A stretch of 64,000 bases of DNA, taken from NCBI GenBank assembly GCA_013314755.1, contig JABUFA010000018.1, forward strand, positions 1,472 to 65,471. Reading direction: 5' to 3'. A program made the translations under genes and the position numbers. The DNA is from Chthonomonadia bacterium. Lineage in GTDB: Bacteria; Armatimonadota; HRBIN16. The notes beneath the pieces are model-generated. The model saw nothing but the letters and a program-made list of their open reading frames with translations, had not been told where the DNA came from and searched no databases. Shown piece by piece: positions 29,100 to 39,200 of the stretch. Every line of letters begins with the position of its first letter. Within the stretch, counting starts at the first letter, position 1.

Positions 29100-32000
29100 A
29101 TGAGACGGATACTGAGGATTGTGCTGTACATTGCGCTTGGTGTGCTGGGGGCGCAAAATGGTGTCTGGGCACAGCTTCCTGTGCCACCTCTGAAACCCAT
29201 CATTGGAGCGCGAATGCCCGCACTCAGTCCCGACGGCAAGCGAATCGCCTTCGTGTACCGCGGGGACGTATGGATTGCTCCCTCAGCGGGCGGACAGGCA
29301 ACCCCTCTGACGCGCCATGTGGAGATGGATGCCTTTCCGCTCTTCTCACCCGATGGGCGATGGATTGCTTTCTCCAGCCTGCGCAACGGAAACTGGGACA
29401 TCTTCGTTGTGCCAGCAGAAGGAGGGGAGGTGAGGCAGTTAACCTATCACGCGAACAGTGAGATTGCGTATGGCTGGAGCCCCGACGGCAAATACCTGCT
29501 TTTCTCATCGGTGCGAGACACCACAAACAACACGCTCTTTGCGCTGGACGTTCGCACCCTGCGCTTCAAAAAGCTGACTGAAGACTACGCCTCCATCAAC
29601 TATCCGTCCTACTCACCCGACGGCAAGATGGTGGTGTACGGGCGATATGGATTCCACTGGACACGTCCGCGATATGTGGGGTCGGCTGCAGCGCAAATCT
29701 GGGTGCTGGACATCAGCACGGGCAAGCGTCGCGCCGTGACGAGTGACAACCGTCAGCACCTGTGGACGAAGTTCCTGCCCGACGGCAAGAGCCTGCTGAC
29801 CGTTACCATCGGGGAGGAGACGCCTTCCAGCAGTAAGCTGGGCACAGCCATTCCCAAAATCGTGGACAGCCCCAGCCGAACGCCCAACCTGTGGGTATTT
29901 GATCTGGAAGGGCGAGGCAAACAGCTGACCTTCTTCACCGGTGGCTCGGTACGCTTCCCGACGGTTGCCCTGCGCACGGGCGACATCGCGTTTGAGTACG
30001 AACATGACCTGTGGCTGCTCCCTGCAGGCTCACGCAATCCGCAGAAAATCGTGCTTTACGCTTCCGAAGACGAAAAGCAGAATACCCGCAGGCGCGAAGT
30101 GCTGACCAGCGGCGTCACCGAAGCGGAACCCTCGCCCGACGGCAAGACCTTCGCCTTCGGATTGCGTGGAGACATCTGGACGGTGCTCATCGAAAAGCCC
30201 AAGGGTGTGGCTGGACGCAGTGCGGAAATCGCCCGGCGGCTCACCGACTGGGCAGGGGAAGATTCGGACTTCGTGTGGTCGGCAGACGGCAAAAAGCTCT
30301 ACTTTACCTCCGACCGCGAGTTCAACACTCGCCTTTACGAGCTGGATATCGAATCCCTGCAGGTGAAGTCGTTGTGGAACCGCACGGAGGACGTTACACG
30401 CCCGAGATTGTCGCCCGACGGGAAGCAGATTGGCTTCTGGGTGTCTGGCAGTGAAGGCGGGTTGTACGTGCTGATACTGGAGACCGGGGAGGTCAAGCGC
30501 ATGGTGAAAGTGCCCGGCACGCACTGGTATGGGCTGGGCGGAGGGGACTTTGCATGGTCGCCCGATATGCGCTGGCTCGCGTTCACCTACCGTGGCGAGG
30601 ATCTGGCGTGGAACATCTGGATTATGCCTGCGGCGGGTGGCGACCCCATCAACGTCACGCGCCTCAATGCCTATCACAGCCAGCCTGCCTGGTCGCCCGA
30701 CGGCAAGTACCTCTTTTTCCAGAGCGACCGGGATGGCAATGGGCTGTACGTGCTCTCGTTAACCGAAGAGCCTGCACGCACAGTGGACACCGACCTGAAG
30801 TACGAGAAGCCGAAGGACAAAGTGCTGGTGGAGATTGACTTCCAGAACATCCGGCGTCGCATCCGCAAGGTGGTCAATCAAAACCCCGATGCTGACCTGA
30901 CTGTGACCAGTGAGGGGTTGATACTGTTCGTCTCAGGAGGCGACATCTGGTCGGTCTCTTACGATGGCAAGGAAACCAAACGCCTGACAACCGGCGGCGG
31001 AATCTCCAGCCTGCGGGTTTCAGCAGATGGCAAGAAGCTGTTCTTCATTCGCAGCGGCGAGCTGTGGACGATGAAGCTGGAGGGCAGTAACCCGCAGGAG
31101 AAGGTGACCTTTACCGCCGATTGGGATCGCGACGTGCGTGCGGAACGCAGAGCCGCGTTTACTCAGTTCTGGCGAAGCTATCACCGCGGCTTCTACGACT
31201 CCAACTTCCACGGCAGAGATTGGGAAGCCATCCGCAAACGCTATGAACCCCTGCTGGACGCGGTGGAGACCCGCGAGGAGTTTGCCACTCTGCTGAGCAT
31301 GATGGTTGGCGAACTGGAGGCTTCGCACTCTGAGGTATCGCCCGCTCCCGGCGGCAATCCCAGCCCGGTTACCCCGCACCTCGGCTTCACGTTTGATTAC
31401 AGCTATGAGGGACCGGGCATTAAGGTGGGCAAAGTGCCGGAAGGTGCACCCGGCTCCTATCCACAAACGCGCATCCGCGAGGGCGAGTACGTGCTGGCGA
31501 TTAACGGACAGGACGTGACCCTCGACGAAAACCTGTGGAGATTGATTAACGACAAACAGGATCGGGAGTTCGAGTTCCTTGTGAACTCCAAGCCGAGCAA
31601 GGACGGCGCGCGAGTGGTAAAATACCGTGTGCTGAGTTACGGGGAGTGGAGCGACCTCAACTACCGCAACCGCATCGAACGCCTGCGCAAGTACACCGAC
31701 GAAAAGAGCGGTGGAAAGATCGGCTACGTTCACATCTCGGGCATGGGCTTCAGCAACCAGGTGCAGTTCGAACGCGAGGTGTATGAACAGGTGGTCGGCA
31801 AGCAGGCGATGATTATTGATGTACGCTTCAACGGAGGCGGCAACATCTCCGACACGCTGGTGGACTGGCTGGAGCGCAAGCCGCATGGCTACTACCGCCC
31901 GCGTGATGGAGCGGTTGAACCTGCCCCCAGCCGCGCCTGGGACAAGCCGATTATCGTGCTGATGAACGAGCACAGCTTCTCTAATGCCGAGATGTTCCCT

Positions 32001-32255
32001 TACGCCATGCGCGCCAAGGGACTGGCGAAGCTGGTGGGTATGCCCACGCCCGGCTATGTCATCTGGACATGGGGACTGCAGCTGGTGGACGGCACAGGCG
32101 CACGGATGCCCCAGAGCGGCGTGTACCGGCTGGATGGCACACCGATGGAAAACATGGGTGAAAAGCCAGACGTGCAGGTGTGGATGAGCCCCGAAGACTG
32201 GCTCGCCGAACGTGACCCCCAGCTGGACAAAGCGATCGAGATGCTGATGCGGTAA
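29100..32255 (+). CDS. tricorn protease homolog (tandem PD40 beta-propellers + PDZ + S41-like C-terminal peptidase domain), secreted
   Basis: Signal peptide MRRILRIVLYIALGVLGAQNGVWA. Many SPDGK/WSPDG PD40 repeats. C-terminal S41-like FNGGGNISD and VLMNEHSFSNAEMF. 1051 aa, close to tricorn size. Confidence 0.75.
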   Translation: MRRILRIVLYIALGVLGAQNGVWAQLPVPPLKPIIGARMPALSPDGKRIAFVYRGDVWIAPSAGGQATPLTRHVEMDAFPLFSPDGRWIAFSSLRNGNWDIFVVPAEGGEVRQLTYHANSEIAYGWSPDGKYLLFSSVRDTTNNTLFALDVRTLRFKKLTEDYASINYPSYSPDGKMVVYGRYGFHWTRPRYVGSAAAQIWVLDISTGKRRAVTSDNRQHLWTKFLPDGKSLLTVTIGEETPSSSKLGTAIPKIVDSPSRTPNLWVFDLEGRGKQLTFFTGGSVRFPTVALRTGDIAFEYEHDLWLLPAGSRNPQKIVLYASEDEKQNTRRREVLTSGVTEAEPSPDGKTFAFGLRGDIWTVLIEKPKGVAGRSAEIARRLTDWAGEDSDFVWSADGKKLYFTSDREFNTRLYELDIESLQVKSLWNRTEDVTRPRLSPDGKQIGFWVSGSEGGLYVLILETGEVKRMVKVPGTHWYGLGGGDFAWSPDMRWLAFTYRGEDLAWNIWIMPAAGGDPINVTRLNAYHSQPAWSPDGKYLFFQSDRDGNGLYVLSLTEEPARTVDTDLKYEKPKDKVLVEIDFQNIRRRIRKVVNQNPDADLTVTSEGLILFVSGGDIWSVSYDGKETKRLTTGGGISSLRVSADGKKLFFIRSGELWTMKLEGSNPQEKVTFTADWDRDVRAERRAAFTQFWRSYHRGFYDSNFHGRDWEAIRKRYEPLLDAVETREEFATLLSMMVGELEASHSEVSPAPGGNPSPVTPHLGFTFDYSYEGPGIKVGKVPEGAPGSYPQTRIREGEYVLAINGQDVTLDENLWRLINDKQDREFEFLVNSKPSKDGARVVKYRVLSYGEWSDLNYRNRIERLRKYTDEKSGGKIGYVHISGMGFSNQVQFEREVYEQVVGKQAMIIDVRFNGGGNISDTLVDWLERKPHGYYRPRDGAVEPAPSRAWDKPIIVLMNEHSFSNAEMFPYAMRAKGLAKLVGMPTPGYVIWTWGLQLVDGTGARMPQSGVYRLDGTPMENMGEKPDVQVWMSPEDWLAERDPQLDKAIEMLMR

Positions 32256-32262
32256 GAGAGAA

Positions 32263-32288
32263 GGGCAGGAGGGAGCCTCCTCCTGCCC
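32263..32288. terminator. possible bidirectional hairpin terminator between the convergent tricorn and epsI genes
   Basis: GGGCAGGAGGG-AGCC-TCCTCCTGCCC (10 of 11 bp stem) immediately after the tricorn stop. It abuts the epsI stop. Confidence 0.4.
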
Positions 32289-32974
32289 TATATTACTTCT
32301 GGTAGTGTCTGCTTGAGCGCGCTGAACAGCTCGGAGGCAAACTGCTGGATGGTGGCTACATCCTTCTGCACATCCCCAGATGCGGGCACGATGAACCGGA
32401 AGAAAAAGGTCTGCTGTCTCTGCATGCCTATCAGGCGTGCCGTGAAGGTGGAGACGCGCGCCAGTCCCATAGAGCCCGTGGTGCCAAAAGGCGTACGATA
32501 CCAGTAGATGACGGTCGCCCGTCTGCCGTTGTTGTTCACCTGGAACAGTCTGGCATGGAATTCCTGGGGCACGCCGGGCACGCTGAACTTTATCTCGCGG
32601 TCGTTCTCCAGCTTCCACCCCTGACTCGGGAAGCAAGCATGCGGATTATGGAAGGTCTCCGCGTGAGTGCCCGCCAGCAGAACAAAGTCTATCTGGTCAC
32701 CCTTTTCGTTGAAGTAATGGCGTGACACGATAGCATCGGGGCGCAATGCCTCGAACGCCTTCGCTCCCATATCGTACCGCTGACCAATCCAACCACCCAG
32801 CTGGAATGGAATGAGCGAGTCGTCAATGTCACGAAGCACCTTGCCACGCAGGGGAGACAGCGTCAGCGTGAGTATCGCCGCCAGCGCCATAAACGCTAGC
32901 AGGATCAGCATGTTGCGATACAGAAGAGGGCGAACCGATTGCTCTGTTGAGGTTACCGTTGCCATCCCAACCAC
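32288..32974 (-). CDS. epsI: exosortase-associated EpsI family protein
   Basis: N-terminal TM plus a periplasmic domain of about 190 aa. Overlaps the upstream exosortase by 22 nt. Family-level sequence pattern only. Confidence 0.65.
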   Translation of the reverse strand: MVGMATVTSTEQSVRPLLYRNMLILLAFMALAAILTLTLSPLRGKVLRDIDDSLIPFQLGGWIGQRYDMGAKAFEALRPDAIVSRHYFNEKGDQIDFVLLAGTHAETFHNPHACFPSQGWKLENDREIKFSVPGVPQEFHARLFQVNNNGRRATVIYWYRTPFGTTGSMGLARVSTFTARLIGMQRQQTFFFRFIVPASGDVQKDVATIQQFASELFSALKQTLPEVI

Positions 32975-33825
32975 CTTCCCAGCTGAAAGAGCACAGCGAA
33001 CGCTACCACCAGCACCAGATAGCCACTCCAGTCGTGGAAGGAGTATCCCGCCTCCTCGCCAAACTTTGTGCCCACGATGCCTATCAGAGCGATACGTAAA
33101 CCGTTAATCACCAGCGCCAGAGGCAGTGCCAACACTATCAGCGCTATCTGCCTCCACAGCTCCACGCGAATATAATACGCAAAGAAGAACGCGAATGTCG
33201 CCATAGATACCAGCATTTTGAAGCCACTGCAGGGTACACCCACATCTAAGTCAAATCCGCCAGGGATATAGATGACGTTCCCCACCCGGTGCGTTTCATA
33301 TCCTATCGTCTTAAGCAGGACATTTGCGATAATCGTGGACCATTCCTGAGCGGGCTGTGAAATCTCATCAAAAATAGTGGCTGGCAACGGCATCATGAAC
33401 CCTAAGAAGAGTACAGGGAACCACACGATGCGCACAAACCGCCATCCCAGCAAAGAGGCAATCATACCGTACATCAGGACGAGGAAAGACAGGGACGAGA
33501 TGGTGGAGGACTGAGTCAGATGCCCCAGCACGCGCATGGCGAGCGCAAGCGCAACCGGCACCAGTCCCCCCGTGCTGGGGGAGATTGCTGTTTGACGGAG
33601 CTCCTCGCGGCGCATCCAGACCATATATAGCGCGAGGAAGGGCACCAGGATGCCGTGCGAATAATATCCATCCGAACGGAACCAGTGATATTGCCAGTAG
33701 TAGAACACGGGATAATAGGCGACCACCAGTGCCACCAGCACGCCGGCTGCTACCCATGCCAGCGGGTTCTGCACCAGCCGCCCCACAGGAACCCCTGTGA
33801 GCCGCCCCACACGCACTTCACTCAT
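32953..33825 (-). CDS. exosortase (exosortase/archaeosortase family, EpsH-like)
   Basis: Eight-TM profile with conserved GVPCSGF (active-site Cys) and Arg residues. 290 aa, typical exosortase size. Confidence 0.75.
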   Translation of the reverse strand: MSEVRVGRLTGVPVGRLVQNPLAWVAAGVLVALVVAYYPVFYYWQYHWFRSDGYYSHGILVPFLALYMVWMRREELRQTAISPSTGGLVPVALALAMRVLGHLTQSSTISSLSFLVLMYGMIASLLGWRFVRIVWFPVLFLGFMMPLPATIFDEISQPAQEWSTIIANVLLKTIGYETHRVGNVIYIPGGFDLDVGVPCSGFKMLVSMATFAFFFAYYIRVELWRQIALIVLALPLALVINGLRIALIGIVGTKFGEEAGYSFHDWSGYLVLVVAFAVLFQLGRWLGWQR

Positions 33826-34292
33826 TGTACTTTCACCGTCCCCTTTCGCCCGAACGTCCAGTGTTTATTGGCAAAGAAGTTCCAGAATACCACGATACCC
33901 GTTGCCAGCAATTTCGCGCCGTTGAAGACCCATTTGGGGTGCGGGTCGTGAGGGTCAAACAACAGCAGGGCGCTGACAATACTGTAGTTTAACAGCGCGC
34001 CGACAATATTGACCGCGACGAAACGCAGGAACTCCTCATGCACCGCACCGCGCTGACGGTCGCGAAACGTCCAGCGACTGTTCCAGAAGTAACCGTTGAA
34101 CACCGCCACACAAAACCCCATCACACTGGCAAGCGCCGCAGGGCGCACGTGTAACAGGTAGTACGCGATATTTGCCACTGCGAAGTCTATCAGCGTACTG
34201 CTGGTGCCAACGATACAGAACTTGATAAATTGTCGAACCCCTTTTCTGCGCAGCTGAGCTGTTACCCAGCCGGTTAGCGAGTTGCCGTTCAT
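33822..34292 (-). CDS. GtrA family membrane protein (polysaccharide synthesis / lipid-linked sugar translocation accessory)
   Basis: 156 aa, four TM helices. Motif FIKFCIVGTSSTLIDFAVANIAYY is typical of GtrA. Confidence 0.75.
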   Translation of the reverse strand: MNGNSLTGWVTAQLRRKGVRQFIKFCIVGTSSTLIDFAVANIAYYLLHVRPAALASVMGFCVAVFNGYFWNSRWTFRDRQRGAVHEEFLRFVAVNIVGALLNYSIVSALLLFDPHDPHPKWVFNGAKLLATGIVVFWNFFANKHWTFGRKGTVKVQ

Positions 34293-34301
34293 GCATATCT
34301 C

Positions 34302-35249
34302 CTACCGCAGAATTGCCCAGATAGCCACCGCTATCCACAACAGTATTGTGGCTTGAATCCCTCGGTCCTCCATCAATACCTGTTCAGGAGCACCACCCAG
34401 GTCTTTCCTGTGCACCAGATACAGATACCGAAAGATGCCGTACATCACGATAGGTATAGTATACTTCAATCCCTCGTGCTGTGCGGCGGTTGCGCTCTGT
34501 ATGGTGTACAGCGCGTAGGTGATAATGGTTGCCGAGCTGACTATCGCAATAAACTGGTCTAACAGACCAACGCTGTATTCACCCAGAGTGACGCGATGGT
34601 TGAATGCCTCTTCTCCCAGGGTAGCCAGCTCATGCCTGCGCTTGCAAAAGCCCAGGAAAAGCGCCAACAGGGTGGTGCAAGCCAGCAACCAGCCCGATAT
34701 ACTCACGTCAATAGCCACCGCTCCTGCCAGCGCGCGAAGCACGAACCCTGCAGCAATCAGGAACACGTCCAGGATCACTATCTGCTTCCCGCCAAGTGAA
34801 TACCCCAGCGACAGAAGCACATACAACACCGCCAGCCAGCCAAACGCCGGGCGTATCCAGAACGCCAGCAACAATCCCACCGCCATCGCGCCGCTCATGA
34901 ACCACCCTGCAACCGTGACGGGAAGTCTCCCGGAAGCGATGGGGCGTTGTCGCTTCTGGGGATGCAGGCGGTCGCGCTCCACGTCCTGCAGGTCGTTATA
35001 GATATATACCGCGCCTGAAATGAGGCAGAAGCTCACAAACGCCAGGATATTCAGCCATACCCTGGGGACGTCTCCCAGCTTCTCGGCAAAGAGCAGTCCG
35101 GCAAAGAGCAGAAAGTTCTTGCTCCACTGGCGCGGGCGCATCGCCACCACGCTCCACTTGAGCCATTCCAAGGGGTGCGTCCGTGCCACAGAAACCTGGT
35201 TTTCCTCAAAACTTTCCATCCACATACCCGCTTGAACCGCTGTTCTCAA
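34302..35249 (-). CDS. UbiA-family prenyltransferase, decaprenyl-phosphate phosphoribosyltransferase (DPPR synthase)-like
   Basis: YIYNDLQDVERDRLHPQKRQRPIASG gives the NDxxDxxxD motif and a DPPR-synthase-like loop. Polytopic membrane protein. Overlaps the neighbouring genes by 4 nt. Confidence 0.7.
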   Translation of the reverse strand: MRTAVQAGMWMESFEENQVSVARTHPLEWLKWSVVAMRPRQWSKNFLLFAGLLFAEKLGDVPRVWLNILAFVSFCLISGAVYIYNDLQDVERDRLHPQKRQRPIASGRLPVTVAGWFMSGAMAVGLLLAFWIRPAFGWLAVLYVLLSLGYSLGGKQIVILDVFLIAAGFVLRALAGAVAIDVSISGWLLACTTLLALFLGFCKRRHELATLGEEAFNHRVTLGEYSVGLLDQFIAIVSSATIITYALYTIQSATAAQHEGLKYTIPIVMYGIFRYLYLVHRKDLGGAPEQVLMEDRGIQATILLWIAVAIWAILR

Positions 35250-35959
35250 CAGGCTCCTTTACCGGTAATCACCGCGGGCACGGTAAACAAAAGGATTTTC
35301 AGGTCGGTCCAGAAACTCATCGTATCAAGGTAAATGTGGTCAAGCTCCACCCATTCGCGGAATCCGATGTCGCTCCGTCCGCTGATTTGCCACAGGCAGG
35401 TCAATCCTGGCAGCACGCTCAGCCGGCGCATCTCCCACTCGCCGTAGCTTGCTACCTCAGAAGGCAGTGGCGGACGCGGACCGACCAGACTCATTTCCCC
35501 GTGAAGCACGTGGATGAGCTGAGGCAGTTCGTCCAGACTGTACCGGCGCAGAAACCGTCCCACGCGGGTGACGCGCGGGTCATTGCGCATTTTGAAGACC
35601 GGACCGCCTCTCACCTCGTTTTTGGTGATGAGTTCACGTTTCATCTGCTCGGCGTTCTTCACCATCGAGCGAAACTTGAAAAACCAAAACGGCTTGCCAC
35701 CTCTGCCGATGCGTACCTGCCTGAAAAGCACCGGACCCGGCGAGTCCAGTTTAATCGCGATAGCAATCAACAGCATCAGCGGTGCGAGCAGTATCAGCGC
35801 AACGCTCGCTACCGTAACATCCAGAACGCGCTTGGCGATGCGATAGCCTCTGGGCAATTCAATCACGGGCACACTTATCTGCAACTCCGCCGCACCTGCC
35901 TCTCCCACAGCGGGAGGCACGATGCCCGGAAGCGGTGTTTGTGCATGTGCCATGGTCAC
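35246..35959 (-). CDS. polyprenyl glycosylphosphotransferase (bacterial sugar transferase, WbaP/EpsB-like priming enzyme)
   Basis: Bac_transf signature KFRSM...DELPQL...GEMSLVGPRP...PGLTCLWQISGRSD. Confidence 0.8.
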   Translation of the reverse strand: MTMAHAQTPLPGIVPPAVGEAGAAELQISVPVIELPRGYRIAKRVLDVTVASVALILLAPLMLLIAIAIKLDSPGPVLFRQVRIGRGGKPFWFFKFRSMVKNAEQMKRELITKNEVRGGPVFKMRNDPRVTRVGRFLRRYSLDELPQLIHVLHGEMSLVGPRPPLPSEVASYGEWEMRRLSVLPGLTCLWQISGRSDIGFREWVELDHIYLDTMSFWTDLKILLFTVPAVITGKGAC

Positions 35960-36058
35960 TCAAGCTCCCTTCGTCCAAAAATGACCGCAGTTTCGTAATC
36001 AATAGGCGAATCCCTCCGTCTCTATTACGCGAACCAAAGCGAACCGAGTTCACCCTTC

Positions 36059-38245
36059 CTATCCTCTGGGTAGCGCGCGCGATGCCGACTGACGCAACGC
36101 CAGCTCGCGATATGCCCGACGATAATAGTAGACGCCCCGGCTGTCCTCCGGGCGCACTTTGTTCAGCACCGCGCCGATCAGGTTTGCTCCCACCTGCTCA
36201 AGACGAGCGTGGAACTCGGCTTCTGCTCCCCGCGAGGGCTGTCCCGCCGCGTGTACGATTATCACGTTCTTCACGTGTGCCGCAATCAGGGTGCTGTCCG
36301 CAAAGATAGCTCCTGCTGGCGAGTCGAAAATCACAAAGTCTGCCAGCCGGGTCGTTCGTTCAATGAACTGTTCCATCATCGGGGAGCGCAGGAGCCGTAC
36401 AGGGTTGTTTGACGATGAGCCTGCCGGTATCAGCACCAGTCCCTCGATCATGGTGGGTACAGCAACGTCCTCAATGGACTTCTCACCAGCAAGCACGTCC
36501 GCCAGCCCTAACGAGTTATCCACCCCGAACCGGCTGTGGAGTGTGGGCTGGCGCATGTCGCCGTCCACCAGCAGTACCCGTGCTCCGTCACGTGCCAGCG
36601 TGATGGCGAGATTCGCTGCCGTGGTGCTTCGTCCCACGTTCGGCTCAGCACTGGCGATAACTACTGCCGACCCCTGCATCTGGCGGCTGGCATACCACAG
36701 GTTGGTGGACAGTATCTGGTAGGACGCACCGATGGGCGTGAAACCGTCCTGCTTATCGAGCGCGTTCGGCTTCATCAGCGGGATGACGGCAAACACCGGC
36801 AGCTTGAGCAAACGCTCGGCTTCCTCCGGCGTGCGCACCGAAGTATCCAGCTGCCCTAACAACAGCACCACACTGCTTGCCAGAATAAGCGACAACAGCA
36901 GCGCCAGCGCGGTCTTCAGTCCTGTCTGCTTGGGCACAGCGAACACCTGTGGCGGGTCAAGCAGGACCAGGGTTGCCGCCTGAGCGCCGCGCTCTCGCGC
37001 CCGTGCCTCTTCCAGCTTTTGTAGGTACAGGTTATAGGTTTGCTCAGCGGTGCGGGCTGCCAGCTCAAGGCGGGCGACCCCGGCTTCCTTGCGCGGCATA
37101 TCCGCCAGCTCCGCCAGCGCGCGACGCAGGGGTTCCGCGTAAGCCTGTGCGCGTTTCGCAGCGGCTTCCTCCGCGACGCGCGCAGCGATGTACGCCTGCA
37201 GGGCGGAGTCGCGGATGGGGTTGCGTGCGCGCGTTTGCGAGTTCAGAATCTGTTCGCTCTCGGTGCGCATTCGCGCCTCAATCTCGGCAATCTGCGCCTT
37301 AAGCGATACCACGTCCGGGTGACGCTCCGCTTTGGTCTGAAGCTCCTTTTGCAGTTCTGCCTGCGCCCGAGCTAGGTCAATGCGCAACTGCTGCAGCACA
37401 GGGTTGGTTGCCATGATGCGCTGCATCTCTTCGTATTCGTTGCGGGCATACTGGCTCTTTAGCTCCTGCTCGGCGGCGATTCGTCGCGCCCGCGCCTCTT
37501 CCATCTCCACCATTGCCTGATCGTAGTTCGCCCGATATTGCGCCGCGCGTTGCACCAGTACCTGTGTCTGGAAAGCCAGATCACCACTGATGCGGTTCGC
37601 CAGCTTATAGTCAGCGAGCGCCTTGCGCTTGGCTTCGAGGTCGGCTCTGGCGCGGGGCAGGAGGTCGTTTTCGATGCGCTCACGTTCGGTGCGCAGCGAT
37701 CCCTGCGTCAGCTCGTTGTACCGCTCGGTCGCCTTCGCCGTCAGCACGCTGAGCGCGACCAGAGCGTTCTGGGGGTCGGTGTCGCGCAGGCGCACGCGAA
37801 GGTACTCCGTGTTAGGAATGGGCTCCGCCCGTACCTTGCCGCTGAATGCCACGATTTGCTCGGGACCAGTCTCCCCTTCAAGCACGCCGGGGCGAACTAC
37901 CTGCAGCTCGCTGACAGTTCTGCCCAACACCGTGTTACTGACCACCATCTGCAAGAGATTCTGCTGGCGCAGCACAGGGTCGTTCACCAGAACGCGCGAG
38001 GGGAAAATCTCGGTCGTGGTCTCGCCGACCGGACGCTGCTCGCGCAGAACGGCAACGGCTTCATACTGCTGGGGGGCTGAGCGCGACCACATCAACACCG
38101 CGCCTGTACACAGCACCACCACCAGCGCGATGATACGCCATCGCCGCTTCAAAATCATATAATGACGCCAGAACTCCACGGATGATTCGCCTCCTTTAGT
38201 ACCTGTAGAATGCCTTGTTAAACAGGATATTCCTTGTGATACCAA
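36059..38245 (-). CDS. polysaccharide co-polymerase / BY-kinase (Wzz domain + tyrosine autokinase, Wzc/GumC-like)
   Basis: N-terminal VEFWRHYMILKRRWRII plus a TM. Long coiled-coil periplasmic region and a second TM. P-loop ASAEPNVGRSTTAANLA. C-terminal Tyr cluster GVYYYRRAY. Confidence 0.8.
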   Translation of the reverse strand: MVSQGISCLTRHSTGTKGGESSVEFWRHYMILKRRWRIIALVVVLCTGAVLMWSRSAPQQYEAVAVLREQRPVGETTTEIFPSRVLVNDPVLRQQNLLQMVVSNTVLGRTVSELQVVRPGVLEGETGPEQIVAFSGKVRAEPIPNTEYLRVRLRDTDPQNALVALSVLTAKATERYNELTQGSLRTERERIENDLLPRARADLEAKRKALADYKLANRISGDLAFQTQVLVQRAAQYRANYDQAMVEMEEARARRIAAEQELKSQYARNEYEEMQRIMATNPVLQQLRIDLARAQAELQKELQTKAERHPDVVSLKAQIAEIEARMRTESEQILNSQTRARNPIRDSALQAYIAARVAEEAAAKRAQAYAEPLRRALAELADMPRKEAGVARLELAARTAEQTYNLYLQKLEEARARERGAQAATLVLLDPPQVFAVPKQTGLKTALALLLSLILASSVVLLLGQLDTSVRTPEEAERLLKLPVFAVIPLMKPNALDKQDGFTPIGASYQILSTNLWYASRQMQGSAVVIASAEPNVGRSTTAANLAITLARDGARVLLVDGDMRQPTLHSRFGVDNSLGLADVLAGEKSIEDVAVPTMIEGLVLIPAGSSSNNPVRLLRSPMMEQFIERTTRLADFVIFDSPAGAIFADSTLIAAHVKNVIIVHAAGQPSRGAEAEFHARLEQVGANLIGAVLNKVRPEDSRGVYYYRRAYRELALRQSASRALPRG

Positions 38246-39152
38246 TCGTTGCCACGACGCTGTATATCTGGTTCCAGTCGGGTTTCTTCACCTCGGGAAC
38301 GTACACGGTGTCGCCCGGCTGGAGGGCAATATCCTGCGAAGTGTCTCCCTTGTCGATGAGCTTGAGCAGGTTCACCACGATGCGCTGCGGTTTGTCGGGC
38401 GCGTCGGGATTGGGGCGAATGATGTACACCTTGCTCAGCGTACCCTTCTCATGCTGCCCTCCCGCCCGGTTGATGGCTTCCATGACCGTGGTGCTGTTCT
38501 TCCAGGGATACAGTCCAGGGCGCATGACCTTGCCCAGCACATAGATGCGGTTGACCACGTCTTCGGGAATGAAGATAACATCATCAGGCTGCAGGCGATA
38601 GTTCTGGCTCAGGTCGCCCTTGAAGAACAGCTTCTCCAGGTCTAAGGGGATGGTTTCTTCGGTGCCATCGGGGCGTTTTCGACGAAGCAGAGCATCCTTC
38701 AAACGGGCGCGGTCAGGGTCAAAGCTGCCCGCCATGGAGATAGCGTGCATCACGGTCTCGCCCTCTTTGAACTCGTAGGACCCCGGGCGCTGCACCATCC
38801 CAAGCACTGCCACACGCGGGCGGTTAATCACGCGGATACTCACGCTGACATGCGGGTCACGCAGATATTGCGCTTCAATGAGCGCAGTGCGGATTTTCTC
38901 TGCCAGCTCGCCTGTGGTCAATCCGCGCACGGTGATACTGCCCACCACGGGCAGGTTTATCGTGCCATCCTGTGCCACCACGGTTTCCCGGCTGAGGTTC
39001 GGGTCCTCTACTACCGTGATTTGCAGCACGTCATCACGTTGTATTCGATAGTCATCGGCAACTGCTGTCCATGCGCTGAGGCTCAGCAACAGCAGTGCTA
39101 TCCAGCAGATTCTCATCACTTGTCGCCTCCTTCTATCATTGCGCTTTGTCAC
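38196..39152 (-). CDS. polysaccharide export protein (Wza-like, Poly_export + SLBB domains)
   Basis: Signal peptide; DYRIQRDDVLQITV polysaccharide-export motif; repeated SLBB-like segments. Overlaps the BY-kinase start by 50 nt. Confidence 0.75.
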   Translation of the reverse strand: MTKRNDRRRRQVMRICWIALLLLSLSAWTAVADDYRIQRDDVLQITVVEDPNLSRETVVAQDGTINLPVVGSITVRGLTTGELAEKIRTALIEAQYLRDPHVSVSIRVINRPRVAVLGMVQRPGSYEFKEGETVMHAISMAGSFDPDRARLKDALLRRKRPDGTEETIPLDLEKLFFKGDLSQNYRLQPDDVIFIPEDVVNRIYVLGKVMRPGLYPWKNSTTVMEAINRAGGQHEKGTLSKVYIIRPNPDAPDKPQRIVVNLLKLIDKGDTSQDIALQPGDTVYVPEVKKPDWNQIYSVVATIGITRNILFNKAFYRY

Positions 39153-39200
39153 TCACACGCCTCCTTTTCATATAAACGCAAGATTCGTTCCACAACCGCC

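Noticed and set aside
31020-32636. 538-aa minus-strand ORF overlapping the tricorn gene
   Set aside because: Antisense to a well-supported 1051-aa gene. It has no domain signatures and high-GC antisense composition. The same reasoning applies to the ORFs 1476-2468, 4177-5340, 11200-12036, 15628-16443, 19433-20338, 38745-40271, 48829-49713 and 59749-60540, among others.
38158-38245. Shorter BY-kinase start at MILKRRW (38158) to avoid the 50-nt overlap with wza
   Set aside because: The VEFWRHYMILKRRW segment corresponds to the conserved Wzc/GumC N-terminal motif preceding TM1, so it must be translated. The upstream ATG at 38245 is retained.
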